Shown piece after piece: positions 22,790 through 36,907 of a stretch of DNA of 64,000 nucleotides (position 1 is its first letter; each line of letters opens with the position of its first letter). Position numbers and translations under genes: made by a program. A model generated the notes under the pieces. The model had not been told where the DNA came from. It searched no databases and saw nothing but the letters and a program-made list of their open reading frames with translations. The DNA is taken from contig NMRA01000204.1 of assembly GCA_002633005.1 (NCBI GenBank), positions 128,260 through 192,259 on the forward strand, in the 5' to 3' direction. This DNA is from Phoronis australis (Eukaryota > Animalia > Phoronida).

Positions 22790-25700
22790 GAGACTGTGCC
22801 CTGAAACCAGGTGTGAAATCGTGTACAGGAATGAAGTCAGATATCTAAATGAATGGCAAGTAGACTTTTCACTTCGTTTTTCCAAAACGAAAAACACGTG
22901 TTCGATAACAGTTTGACGGTTTAAAGCACACATAAGCAATCAAAACATTAACTTCCAGGATGTTTATAGCTGGAATGCACCATACCTTATCGTTATGGTG
23001 TTATTCGTATCAGTGCTCCTGCAGCAATTTGGTACCAGGTCATTGCTCGCAACGTCAGATCCAGCACGTTAGTAGCGTAATACTCATCCAAAGTCCCTAC
23101 AATAAGGTTCAAACAAAGTCAACCCCCGAGATGCGACGAACCCACACGAGATCTACACGTGAGAAAGTGTAGGTGAAAGGTATGAAATCACGTTATTGAT
23201 AGGTATGAAAGTTTACAAGTCCAAAATTAATAACACCAAAGGACCACTTGTGAACCTTCGGCCTGATAGGACCATTTTAAAAACATTTTCAGTTGTCATA
23301 TTTTGGGCGTTAGAACTTGAGAACCTCCAGAGTGCCGAGCTGTACCTTTTTCATACTAATGCAGTAAGAAACGCAAGCAATGTGATCTTACCGTATAATC
23401 TGAACTGAAAATTAAAAGTAAGAAAGAGTGTGGGCAGAAGGTATGAAATCACGGTGTTCACGAGTCCTAATGTTTGCAAGGCAAAAATCCATACCTCCTA
23501 AGGTACACACAACTGTTAAAGTAAACTAATTTCGAACTAACTAAGCTCTACTCTCAGACCGATTTGCGAACCTTCGGCCTGTTAGGGCTATTTTAAAAAT
23601 ATTTTGGTCATATCATGGGTGAGGACCTTCAGAGGGTTGAGTTGTACCCTATTCACACAAAATCCAAGCAACATTGGTTTACCTTCATAATTTTGTCTTA
23701 AAGCCTTCTTATTCCGTTTTAGTTATCCGTGGGTCGCAGCATATCGTTGGGGAATGGTGATGGCGTGTAATAGACAAAAACGTTTATTAATATAATTTAC
23801 AAACAATCGACATAATCACCTGTTTTCAATTTCGTACTCGGATGCTAATTGAAAAATCATTGTCACTGCCTAGGCAGAAATCGATCACGGGAACCACTGC
23901 TCAGCTCTGTCTAGTTAAAGCATCTGCAGAGGAATTCAAATAACAATATTCATCGTGCATTTTGAGACCTCGGATGTCATTTGAGTTTATTCGTGCTGGA
24001 TTTCTTGGTATGTTGTGGCTTGTGCTAGTAAGTTAGTGTAAGTATTACTCGGGATTAGAAAGAGCGTTAGTGACAACGCGAAAGAACCAGTAAGAAATTT
24101 AACAAAAGTAACAAAGGTCAGCTTCTAAAGAATGGTAATACGTTTTATAGATGGCAGATCTATCCATTGGAACAAATGTGCGTCATCACGACCCAAACAT
24201 TAATACACGAAACAACATACAGCCAACATTAAAACATCTATTACAACGACCTGGACATCACCTGTTGTCGCAGGTGGAGAACTGTAACTGCAAGTGTCAG
24301 CCAGTCCAAAATGTTATCAATAACGAAAGGTAAACACCTTGATCGTCCTTCGTGTAATGAGTAAGACAGCATGTCATGGCGCACACCCTCACCGAAGAGA
24401 AATTTTCCAAACATGTTTACTTTTCCGACCATAGTTTAATATTGTGCTGGTGGTTCGGCGACATCTTTGATTCACTGCCAGTGGTGGCGAGGTCAGAATC
24501 GTGCTTGTTCAGTCCCTGTATGACCCTGGAAAAACGTAAACTATTCTTTAGTTTTAAACTTTATATCGCAGAAAGAACTGTTCAGATTTAAGTAAAACGT
24601 TTAAATGCTATGATTTAAACACCGTTCACAAAACGAAAAGCAAATGATCATGATTAGAATATTAAAAGGGTTTGTGAGATCACTTCAGGAACACTTTTAT
24701 CAAATTGATTTCTATCCTGTTATCGATAACGTTGTTTTGTCAATGTTTATTTGTTAGCGGCATCTCTGGTTCATTGTCCGTGGTGGCGAGGTCAGGGTCG
24801 TTCTTCTTCCGTATCTATATGACTCTGGAAAAACGTATACATTTCTTTTAGTTTTAAACTTGAATATCTCAGAAATAGCGGTTTAGATTAAAGTAAAACT
24901 TTCAAATGCTACGATTTAAACACCGCTCACAAAACGAAAATGTATATTTTTAGAATATTAACAGGGTTTCTCTGAGATCACTTCAGGAGCCTTTTCATCA
25001 AATCAAATTCTATCATTTTATTGGTAGGGTTATTTTACACTCAATGAGCCTTTATTTTTTTGGTGAATTTTATTTTCTATTTTTTGAGAGACTTTGTGCT
25101 GAAAACAACTGTGAAGCAGAGTACATTAATAAAGACAGGTGCCTGAATGAATGACGAGTAGATTTTCAAACCATTTTTCCAAATCAAACAAGTGTCCGGT
25201 GAGATTTTGATGGCTCAAAGAATGTACATGCAATCGAAACATGGAACTGTCAGAAGGTTTACAACATATCAGCGCCATACCTTTTGGATTTGATGTCATT
25301 CGTGCTGCTGGTATTGCAACACCTTTGGTTCACTGTCAATGCTCTCAAAGTCAGATCCTGCATGCTGATGTTATACTGATCAGCCAAAATCCAGTATTTC
25401 GACGGATGGTCAAGTCCCTAAAAAACTACATTAAGGTTCAAACGAAGTCAACGCCCTGGAAGCGAAGATCCCAAAGGAACTGAATTGAAAACTACAAGTG
25501 AGAAAGATTGTGGGCACAAGGTAGGAAATCACGGCATTCATGGGTCCGAATGTGTACAAGTCCAAAAATTATTAACTTTTTAGGCACACACAAGTCCTCA
25601 AGTCCATAAGTTTGAAAGTTAAAATGTCAAACTTTCATGAGACGAGGTTTGGAACAGTGATATAGAGTAAAATGTTCGGGCGTTTTTGAGCAGGGGCTTG

Positions 25701-28700
25701 TTTGAAAATAATTCTTGGAAGAACTATTGACTCTGGGAGGAATCCCAACAGAGTTTAGCAACGTGCACTGAGCTGTTGCTTTTATTTATCTTTTCAAATT
25801 TTGCTTTAGCGCCACTAAACTTTTCTAATCCGTTGTCGTTGACTTTGAATCACTGATTTCTAGTCTTATACATCGTCGAACTACTTTCGAACTAAACTAG
25901 CTTTCCCCTCTGGTGGATTTGTGAACCTTCGGCCTGAAAGGGTCATTTTAAAAATATTTTCATTTGTCATATTATAGGTTTTAGGGCTTGAAAACCTTCG
26001 GAGTGTCGAGCTGTACCCTGTTCTCATTAAATGCAGTATTAAACGCAAGCAACCTTAGTTTACCTTCATTATCTTTGTCTCAAAGCTTTCTTCTTCCTTC
26101 TTGGTTATCCCTGATTAACAGAGTATCGTTGGAAAATGTCGGTGTTGTGTAAACAAACAAAAACCTGTATTAATGCAATTTACAAACAATCGACAAAACC
26201 AATTTGCTACTCGGATGTTAATTGAATAATTTTTGTCTCTACCCCTGCAGAAATTGATCACGGGAACCATCTGGTTGAGGCATCTGCAGACAAATTAAAG
26301 TAACACCATTTAGCATGCATTTTAAGACCTTGAAAATCATTTGGGTTTATTCGTGCCGTCTTTCTTGGTATGTTGGGGATTGTGTTAGTATTTCAGTGCA
26401 AGTGTTGGTGGGATCAGAAAGAGCGTTAGCGTCGACGTGAAAGCACCAGAAACATAACAGAAGTAACAGGTCGAGTCCTAGAGATTGGAAATACATTTGA
26501 TGGATGGGCAGATCGACACTCATTACATAAACGTGCGTTATCACGATTCAAACCTCAGTACATGAGAAGAACCCAGAGTACAAATAAAATACAGTTATCT
26601 CCAGTAAAAAATCTATTACAACGACCTGTGGGTCACACCGTTGTCGCAGGTGAAGAACTGTAACTGCAAGTGTCAGCCTGGCCAACATGTTATCAATGAT
26701 AAAGATGAACACCTTTATCGTCCTTCATGTAACTAGTAAGACAGTATCTCACGGAAATCAGGTGATTTCTGGGAATTTTTGTTACTTTCCGACCATGGTT
26801 CTATTTTGTGTTCGTGGTTCGCCTTCATCTTTGGGTCACTGCCAGTGGTGGCGAGGTCAGGGTCGAGCTTGTTCAGTTCCTATACTACCTTGGAAGAAAA
26901 CGTTAAATTATATATTTCTCTCAGTTTTCAAGCTTATATCTCAGAAACTGGCGATCACGTTTATGAAAAACATTCAAATGCAAGGATTTAAACAACATTA
27001 ACAAAACGAAAAATCAAAGGATCATGATTTAGAATATTATCAGGCTTGGTGAGTTCTGAAAAGTGATTTCGAGAAAAATTTTGGGAGTTTTTAAGCAGAT
27101 GCCTGCTTGAAACCAGTTCTTGGAAGAACCAGTGCTCTGGGAAGAATCCAAACAAAACTCAGCTATGTTCAGTGAGTTGTAGCTTTTACTTACATTTTCA
27201 AATTTTGGTTTACCGCCACTTAAAGTTTGCTCCTCCGCTGTTGTTGACTTTAAATCACTTGTTTCTGATCTCGTGGATCTTCAAAATAGTTTTGAACGAA
27301 CTAGGTCTCTTCTCTGACGGTGAACCTTCCGCCTGATTGGGCCATTTTAAAAGCATTGTCATTTGTCACATAATGGGCGTTAAGACTTGAAAAGCTACAT
27401 ACTGGTGCAGTATTAAACGCAAGCAATTTTACTTTACCTTCTTTTTCTTCTGGAAGCATTCTTCTTCAGTTTTGGTCATCCGTAGGTCGCCGCGTATCGT
27501 TGAAGAATGGGTATGGTTTGTAAACGGACAAAAACGTGCATTAAATATAACTTACAAGCGATCAAAAATTCACCAGTTGTTAATTTGCTAGTCGGATGCT
27601 AATTGAAAAAATATTCTCTCTGCGCCGACATAAATCGATCACAGTAACCACTGCTTAATCCTATCTGATTTTGGCAACTACAAAGCAATTCAAATTACAC
27701 CATTCAGCATGCATTTTGAGACCTTAAACGTCATATGGGTTTATTCGTGCTGTCTGTCTTGGTGTGTTAGGGATTGAGATAGTATGTTAGTGCATGTGTC
27801 AGTCGGGGTTAGAAAGAGCGTTAGCGTCGACGTGAAACCACCACCAAGAAATGTATCAAAAGTAAAAAGGTCTAGTCTTAGAGAATGACAATACATTTGA
27901 CGGATGGGTAGATCTATCCATTAGAATAAATGTACATCATCACGAACTCAAACATTAATACTTGAGAAGAACCCAGAGTACAAATAAAATAGAGCCAACA
28001 CTTGAGAATCTATCACAACGACCTGGACATCAAACTGACGAAAAGGAAAACCTTTATCACCCTTCATGTAACGTAGAAGACAGCGTCTTATTGCGCACAC
28101 CCTCGCCGAAGAGACAATTTCCGGACATGTTTACCTTACCGACATTGGTTTTATTTTGAATTGGTTCTTCGCGGCATCTTTGGTTAATTGCCGTTGTCAT
28201 AATGTAGGTGTTAGGACTTGAAATTCTTCAGAGTGTCGAGGTGTACACTATACATACTTGTCTAATGCAGTATGAAACACAAGAAACGTTAGTTTTACCT
28301 TCATTTCTTTCGTCTTAAACCTTCTTCTGCCTTTTTGGTTTTCCGTGGATCGCAGCGTAACGTTGGGAATGGGTAGGGTGTGTAAATAGACAAAAATATG
28401 TATTAATATAAATTACAAACAGTCAGAAAAATTAACTGTTTTCAATTTGCTACTCGGACGCTCATTGAAAACAATTTGTCCTTACACCGGCAGAAATCGA
28501 TCAAGGGAGCAACTGCTCGGCTCCATCTGGTTGCGGCATCTGCAAAGGCCATCAAATAACACAATTCATAATGTATCTAGAGATCTTGATCGTCATTTGG
28601 GTTCAACGGTGCTGTCTTTCTAGGAATGTTGAGACTTATTTTAGAGTGTTAGTGTAAGTGTTAGTCGAGATTATAAAGAACGTTAGCGTCAACGCAAAAG

Positions 28701-31700
28701 CACAAGCAAGAAATGTAACAAAAGTAACAAAGCTCTAGTCCTAGATAATGGTAATACATATGATAGATGGGCAGCTCTATCTATTGGAATAAATGTACGT
28801 CATCAGGCCTGAAACATTAATACATTAGGAGAACCCAGATTACCAGTAAAATACAACAAATACTTAAAAATCCAATTTCTATCTTGTTATTGATACCGTT
28901 GTTTTGTCAGTGTTTATTTTTTTGCTAAATTTCAGTTTTTGAGAGAATTAGCGCTGAAACCTAGTGCAAAACCGTGTACATGAAAAAGACAGATGCCTGA
29001 ATGATTAGCAAGTAGATTTTTCACGTAACTCTTACAAATCAGGCAACAGTTATGTGAAGTTTTGATGGATCAAAGAACACGCATTGTGCCAAATCATGTA
29101 ACTTTCAAGAGGTTTACACCTGATCGGCACCACACCTTTTGGCTCTGTACCTTTGGTACACTGTCACTGCTGACAACGTAAGCACCCACATGTTAATGGT
29201 ATACTGGTCAGCCAAAATCCAATACTTTGACGAAGGGTCAAGCATCTGAAGTACCTACAATAAAGTTAAAACGAAGTCAACACCCTGGAAGCAATGAACC
29301 CATATGATCTGAATTTAAAACTACAAGCGAGAAAGAGTTTGGGCATAAGGTATGAAATCACAGTATTCATGGGTCAGGATGTTTCCAAGTCCAAAAACCC
29401 ATTACTTCTATGGTACACACAATTTCTAAAGTCCATTTATTTAAACTTTCATGGCAAGAGGTTCTTAAAAGTAATTTTGAGCAAAATTTCGGGAGTTTAT
29501 AAGAAGATGCCTGCTTGAAACCAGTTCTTGGAAGAACCAGTTGTCCTGGGAAGAATCCAAACAATGCTCAGCAATGTGCAAAAAGCTATCGCTTTTATTT
29601 ACATTTTCAAAATTTGGTTTACCTCCACTTAAATTTTGCTCCTCCGCTATGGTTGACTTTGAATCACTGTTTTCAGGTTTCATAGATCTTCCAACTTTTT
29701 TCGGAACTAACTACGTCTAATCTCCGACAGATATGAGAACCTTCCACCTAAAATGGCCACTTCAAAAACATTTTCATTTGTCATATTATGGAGGCCAGGA
29801 CATGAAAACCTTCAGAGTTTCCACCTGTATACCATTCACACTGATGCAGTTTGAAACGCAAGCAATGTAACTTTACCTTCTTCATTTTCGTCTTCAAGCC
29901 GTCTTGTTCAGTTATTTAATTCATCCGTATCAATGGGGAATGGGTATGGCATGTAAATAGACAAAAACGTGTATTAATATAACTTACAAAAGATCAACAA
30001 TTCACCCGTTATCAATTTTCTAGTCTGAAGCTAATTAAAAAAAATATTCTCTCTACGTTGATATCAATCGATCACGGTAACCACTGCTCGGCTCTATCAC
30101 GTTTTGGCAACTACAAACGAATTCAAACAATACCATTCAGCATGATCTGACTTGAAAACTACAAGTGAGAGTACACACAATTTCTAAAGTCCATTTGTTC
30201 AAACTCGTAGGACATGAGGCTCCGAACAGGGATTTCGAGCAAAATGTTCTGGGATTCGTAACCACGTGCCTGTTTGAAACCAGGTCTTCTAAGTGCCAGT
30301 GCCGCTGGAAAGGACCCAAACAAAGTTCGGCCATGTTGAAGAAACTGTTTCTTATATTTACTTATTTAAATTTGAGCTAACCTCCACTAAAATTTTGCTA
30401 CTCCGCTGTGGATGACTTTGAATCCCATGTTTCGGGTCTCATAAATATTCGAGCCAGTTTCGAGCCAACTAGCTTTCCTTTCTATCGGTTTTGTGAACCT
30501 TCGCTCTGATAGGACCTTTTTAAAAATATTCTCATCTGTCGTATTATAGGCGTTCAGGCTTCAGAGCCGTTAGAGTATGGAGCTGTACCCAATTTACACC
30601 AATGCAGTATAACAAATAAGCAATGTTAGTTTACTTAAATTCGTAATTTTCCTTCATTTTGGTTATCCGTGGGGTATGAATATGGCCTGTAAATAGACAA
30701 AAAGTACATTAATCAAATTTACAAACAATCAGCAAATCAACTGTTTTCAATTTGCCACAGGGATGCTAATTCAAAAGTCTTCACTGTCCCTACGACGGCA
30801 GAAATCGAGCACGCGAACCACTGCTCAGCTCCATCTGGTTGTGACGTCTGCATAAGAATTCAATTAACACCATTCAGCATGCATTTTGTGACCTTGAACG
30901 TCATTTGGATTCATTCATGCTGTTTCTCTTGATATGTTAAGGCTCGTGTTAGTATGTTAGTGTAATTGTTAGTCGGATTAGAAAGAGCCCTAAAGTCAAC
31001 GCCAATGTACCAGCAAGCCAAGTAACAAACGTGCATTGCAAGCGAATGGTATTCATTGGAATACGCGTGCGTCATCACGACCCAAACAGTAATACACGAG
31101 TACAACCGACAAAAAAAAACAAAAAATGTTTCCACAACCTGGACACCACTCTGTTGTCACAGGGAGAGAACCGTAAGCGCACGCATTAGGCAGACCAAAA
31201 TGTTATCATTAACAACAGTTACACACCTTTATCGTTCTTCATGTAAGGCGCCATCTCATGGCCCGCACCCTCGTGGAAGAGGCAACTTCAGGGTCTTTTT
31301 TTACTTTTCCGACTCTTGTGTCATTTTGTGTTGGTGGTCCAGCGACATCTTGTGTTCACTGACAGTGAGGGCGAGGTCGCGTATGGTAATGGATCAGTCA
31401 GCCAAAGTCCACTGATTCGACGAATGGCCAAGTCGCTAAAAAAATCTCCAATAAGGTGAAAAGGAAATCAATCCCCTAGAAGCGATGAACCCTATAAGAC
31501 CTGAAAGTGTGTGGACTGAGTTAACGAAATCGTGGTTTTCATGGGTCGGAAGATTTGCAAGTCTAAAGATCCATAAATCTGAAGACACACACAATTCCGA
31601 AAATCTATCAAAAACTATAAGTTTGAACTTTCATGACACTAGGCTCTGAACAGTTATTTTATGTGAAACGTTCAGCAATAAATATGCACGCGCGACTATT

Positions 31701-33500
31701 TGAAATTAGTTCTTCGAGGAGCCTGTGCCTCTAAAAAGGATCCAAACAAAGTTAGGCAATGTGCACTGAATTGCCGTATTTACTTTAAGTTTACATTTCC
31801 AAATTTTAGTTTATCGCCACCAAAATTTTGCTGATCGGCTGTCGATGACTTTGAATCACTGGTTTCTGGTATCATAGACCTTCGGACTAGTTTTATCCAA
31901 CTACCTTTTGTTTCTGTCGGATTTCTGAGCTTTCGGCCTTCAAAGGTCTGCTTCAAAATAATTTCATTTATCGTATTATGGGCGTTTGAACTTGTGAACC
32001 TTCGCAGTATCGAGCTGTACGCTATTAATACTAATGCAGTAAGACACGCAAGCAACGTTAGATTACCTTTCGCGTTCCATCTTTCCTCCATTTTGGTTAC
32101 GCATGGGTTTCCGCGTGTCGTTGGTGTATGGGTGGCTGGAGTGTGGCGTGTATATTGAGCAAAACGTGCGTTAATGAAATTTACAAACAATCGACAAATC
32201 AACTATTGTTTTCAATTTGCCACTAGGAGATTGATTGAAAACAAGTTTCTCCCTACCACGACAGTAATCGATAACGGGAACCATTGTTTTGCTCCATCTA
32301 TTGAGGGGTCATCCTATTGTGTCCCGGGTCATGTCTCCTGTGTTCTATGTATCCCGTTGTGTGCATCTCGGGGTTCTGTATGTCTCGGGTTCTACGTGTC
32401 ACGTTTTCTATGCGTCGGACAGGGTTCTGTACCGGGTTCTGTTTGCCGGTGTGGTATTTACCCGGATGCTTCATTCAAATACAGGCATGCCGAACAACTT
32501 CTCTAAGTGGAAAATAGCTACTTTTACACCGGGTTCGATTTGTCTCTGGTCAGCACTCATCCAGCCAAGAAAATCAACATAAGATCGCTCTTTGCGATCT
32601 AGCCAAAATCTCTCAAACTCAAAAAACGCATTTTCAACAACTGTATGAGGTTGCATTCGAAAATTCCAAGGGGCTTGATGTGACGACGGTGAAGAGGGTG
32701 CATAAAAACAACACGTTACTTTATTACTTATCACATTTTTTGCCTTATATCAGGATCGAAAAAGCACCTCAGAATTGTCACGTTGGCCTAAAATGTCGAT
32801 TGTAGCTAAAACTTGCACACTCGTGCGCTTAGCGTCTGGACTAACGCAACAGACCGGGAAACATAGAACCCGGAACATACAGAACCCGAGGGATATAGAA
32901 CCTGGGACACATAGAATTCAAAATCCACAAAACGGGGACACATAGAACCAGACACAAAGAACATATAAAGGATCCGGGACGCCGCAATGCTTAATTAATT
33001 CGCACCCATCTCAGCGTTGTGACATATGCAGAGGAATTCAGTTAACACCACTCAGCATGCATTTTGTGACCCTGAACGTAATTTCGGTTTATCCGTTCTT
33101 TCTTATTATACATGTATGTTAGGGCTCCAGTTAGTATGTTCGTACAACAGTTAGTCGAGAGTAGAAAGGGCGTTAATTGAAGTCAACCCGATTGTACTCA
33201 AGCAACAAACGTCTGGTACCAACGAATGGTAATGCATTGATAGATGGATAGATCTATCCATTTAATTAAATGTGCGACATCACGACCCAAACACTAATAC
33301 ATGAGTACAAACCAGAGTACAACTAAAATACAGCCAGCCAATACCTATGCACCAAACAGCTGTCACAAGTGGAGAACTGTAACAGCAAGTATCAGTCAGA
33401 CCAAAATGTGATTAATAACGAAAGTTACGCACCTGTATCGTCCTTCATGTATCAGGTAAGAAAGACACCATCGCATCCCGGTGCAAGCCCTCAAGGAAAT
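22790..33500. repeat. Diverged head-to-tail tandem array, ~7 units (longest ~2.4 kb, others internally deleted), unknown origin
   Basis: Anchor gatcacgggaaccactgctc recurs at 23883, 26256, 27637, 28499, 30070, 30807 and 32270. Other anchors (gtgaaccttcggcctga, catcacgacccaaac, gactttgaatcactg) recur in the same order. Confidence 0.9.
32315..32990. mobile_element. Foldback/MITE insertion with subterminal tandem repeats inside the last array unit
   Basis: Left arm repeats cgggttct.tgt and right arm repeats acatagaacccgg (its reverse complement); ends GTCCCGGGTC / GATCCGGGAC. Array homology resumes at ~33005. Confidence 0.7.
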
Positions 33501-33725
33501 AGCCCCAATCTGACACAGCAGGCCGTCTCACTGAAAGGGAAAATTCAGTTGGTCATTCTATTACTTCTCGGAACGGGTTAATGCAATTTCCAATAAACTA
33601 CGAACACTTCAGTACAGACCGTTGTATCAATAATTATTTGAAGTATATCTGAATAAATAATGAAAATTAAAATTTCTGAAGAAGAAAGTTTCAAATTCAA
33701 CAAAGCCATCGAAGTGCAACAACCA

Positions 33726-33878
33726 GCCTCCCGTTCAGTAACGCTAGGACCTCGCTAAAAAGCAAGACTTCGCGAGATTACGTGAGATATTGCCGTGCAT
33801 TTTAAATGAGAGCACGTGACTTTGACTAGGTTTTAGCTAGGTCCTAGCACAGGTCCTAGCGTCTACTGAACGCACGCC
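33726..33878. mobile_element. Palindromic MITE
   Basis: Same family as 19142-19294. Confidence 0.75.
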
Positions 33879-34337
33879 AGGTAATTGGCATGTCGTTACA
33901 CAATCCAGATCAATAAACCCGCCTTTTAGAGATACTGAAAACCGAGCGAGTGTTTTCAATGGAAAATCATGCCACGTGTGATCCTCCAGAGAAGAAACCG
34001 GAGACATCTTCGTAGGAATTGCATATGAATGGGTACTTTCAAAAACTAAACCGCATGGGGGCTACGACGAAGTTAGATACAGGTCGTTCGTCAGTCTTGA
34101 TTCGTGAACAGAGATTTACCTTAGGGGTCGGTATCCCTCAAACAATTGACGGATGAACTGTCGTTTTCGATGCAAGTCTGTCAACTTTCCACGCCATTTC
34201 TTTCAAGTTAGTACAATTCGCACTGCTAGATTTCCTCGCCGCGAGACAGGTATTAAACTCTACCTTGATCGCTGTCTGGCGGGGTAGTGAATTTTACTTT
34301 ATGGCGTGGCTATTTCGAAAATCAATGATACAGCCTT

Positions 34338-34585
34338 CAGTGGCGGATCTACGGGGGGCTTCAGGGAGTTTAAATTCCCCCTTGGGACAGAACCAAAAAT
34401 TAAAAACTAAAAAACGTCGCCAGCAAAACAAAAACGACACCGCCAGCGTGTGTAAACTACCTCGAATAAATTGAGGGGGTTCACTATGAAAATATATAAT
34501 TTGTTTCCATTGTAATTTGCTGTAATCACGAAAATCAACGCATTTCGAGTTTTCGTGGCTCATCGGCGAGTCGTGCGCGCGCTTC
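34338..34585 (+). mobile_element. Terminal fragment of the hAT family seen at 16192-18784
   Basis: Begins CAGTGGCGGATCTAC and is the reverse complement of 18560-18784 (cgccagcgtgtgtaaa, tcaacgcatttcgagt.ttcgtggctcatcggc). Confidence 0.7.
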
Positions 34586-34789
34586 CAGTACTGTGGGCGT
34601 ATTTCAACGCTCCGCGTTGCTCTTGCTGCCAAGGTCACAATTTGGCATGTGAAAAACTCGACAACAGTTAGACCACCGCTGTGCCTCCCAATGGAAATAC
34701 GTTTTTTTCTCAAAAAAGTAAGTTACGCCTGCCTCTATCTTTGGAGTTTCTTCGTGGATTTTCATTCAATTTTGGCTGACAATGTTGTG

Positions 34790-35000
34790 TTAGAGAGATG
34801 ACGACGCCCTCCTTTGGACATGTTCAATGTATTCTGTGTCATCTAATGGCCATGATATTAAAAACATTACTGGAATTGCATTACAGTCGTGGATGCATTT
34901 CATCGCTCCACGTAGCTCTAGTTGTTTACACAAAGCAAACATCGAAAAAATTTTCACCATTTGACCATTTGTTGCAATTTTCATTTGTCAAACGCTATAA
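34790..35000 (-). mobile_element. Weak LINE RT 3' remnant
   Basis: ...ISWPLDDTEYIEHVQRRAS resembles the W.P......IE.VQRRA motif of CR1-group elements. Confidence 0.45.
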
Positions 35001-36439
35001 AAAATGTGTTGGGGGATAGATTGGTTTTCAAATGAGAATATTTATTACACGACACACATCAGATCGAATCTTCTCAGAGTTGTCATAGAAAGTACCTCCC
35101 ACTGCAGCAGAATATCTGTAAAAGTTAGGGGTGTTGCGATGTTGCAATTAAAGGTACACGCACCAAATGATATCAAAATATACGAGACAAACTTCAACAG
35201 AAGTCTCCAAGACTCTGCCAAAATCGTATAATTTTTTCCAGAATAATTTGTCAGTTTAGTCGATTTTTTTGTCAGACTTGAATGTGCATTTGATGTCTAT
35301 TGTTTGTGACTGGACTTAAGCAGTATCTTGTCGCAACTTCGACTCCGCGCGCGCACGAAACAATACCTGCCTAGTTTTTGTTAAGATTTAACTAGAAATC
35401 AGTGGATTAGAGCCTATTCGAATGAAACATATGATTATTTTGAAAACTATTGGGTATGCTAGTCTTTTCACCTTTGGCACAGTACGTTTTACGTTGTATT
35501 GCCAGTGTTGTAGTGAAGGGTAGACGCACGTAGGAGCAGCCAACCACCTTTTGGCATTTGAACGTAGCTCCTACGCATCGCCGGTAAGTTGGCGCCCAAT
35601 GGCAGTGCTAAAGTAATACGATGGGTTTTGGGTGCCTACTTACCCAACGATGCTCTAATTTTACCACTATAGCACTGTGTATTCTAATTTGTTGGTATGT
35701 TGGAGAAAACTAAAACTTAGACCTGTCCATTCAAATATCGTTAAAGAAAAGTTACATACATGGGTGATCGATCGTAGGGCCAATGAATCACAAAAATCGA
35801 TTCTTTACCACAAAAAAAAATTCGCCTGATTGCCGGCCTTCATGAATAGGCCTATTCAATTCCAAGTTTCTTCGCGATCTTGAGACAACCCAGATTCCAA
35901 GTTCACCCACAGCATCGAAAACGGTAGTCAATGACACGCGTCCTAAGCGGCACGTAAGCGAGTGAATAATTACATAGCACCCCCACCCCTGGCCCCCCTT
36001 GGCTGGTACAAGCAAAATTAGACGGCAACAGCGTGAAGAAATATCGAGTTCACCAACTAGGAACGGCGGCGGGGAGGCCCCAGAGCGCGGGTGGAATCGT
36101 TTTCCCGTTTTTTTTCTTTACTCCTCCCTAGGAAATTTTTTTTCTTTAGTCCTCCCTAGGAAATTTTTTTTCTTTAGTCCTCCCTAGGAACCAGTATTCT
36201 AGATCCTCCGATAGAATTTGGGAACACCACTGAGATCCACATCGCCAGCCCCGCAACCTTTCGGGCCACCTCTGCAAACACTCGCACTTTTCCCAATTAT
36301 CCGAGGCAACATGTTGGACCCCCCATGGTATCATAGATCCGCCACTGAATTAAGAGGCCTTTATTTTACTACACTCATTGTAGACTCACAACACGACATA
36401 CCGTTCGGCAATGAGCTTATCGGTTTCAGAAACCACAGA

Positions 36440-36558
36440 AGTGCGTCGTCCAATCACATTACTGGAAAGTCGAAAGCGCAGAATTCAAAGCGGAAAAACA
36501 TCGAATATGCTGCAGCCGAGGAATATTGTTATGAAATTTTGAGTAGCTATATTTGTTT
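36440..36558 (+). promoter_or_regulatory. Candidate OFD1 promoter / non-coding first exon
   Basis: CCAAT at ~36450, a CpG-containing segment and a GTAAGT donor at 36559. The ATG exon (38424) begins at an acceptor, so an upstream UTR exon must exist; this location is a guess. Confidence 0.35.
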
Positions 36559-36907
36559 GTAAGTTATTTTGTTTCACGTGGCATATCAGTATCTAATTTT
36601 AACTCAGCGCGTGCCAGTCGCAAAAGGTATTTATAACAATGTGACTGATATTTTAGTCATTGTGAGGCATAATTCGCCGAAAAGTTTCCAGCATATGAAA
36701 CGGATGGGCCAGCTGCTGCCGCTCAATTTTCTGGCACTCAAACTTGATGCATGTAATTGCTACACAAACTCAAATTAAGAATGTAGTTTTTACGTGCCCG
36801 CATGTTTATATGTGTTGCATATTGCCGTCGTCTTTGTCTGGCTGTCCGAGTGTCCGGCATCCGCGCCTGTGTCTCCTAAACCCCTTGTAGGATCTTATTG
36901 AAATTTG

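Noticed and set aside
34338-36347. Single 2-kb transposon bounded by perfect 14-bp TIRs CAGTGGCGGATCTA / TAGATCCGCCACTG
   Set aside because: Flanks show no target duplication and the interior is a mixture of unrelated remnants; more likely ends of two separate insertions.
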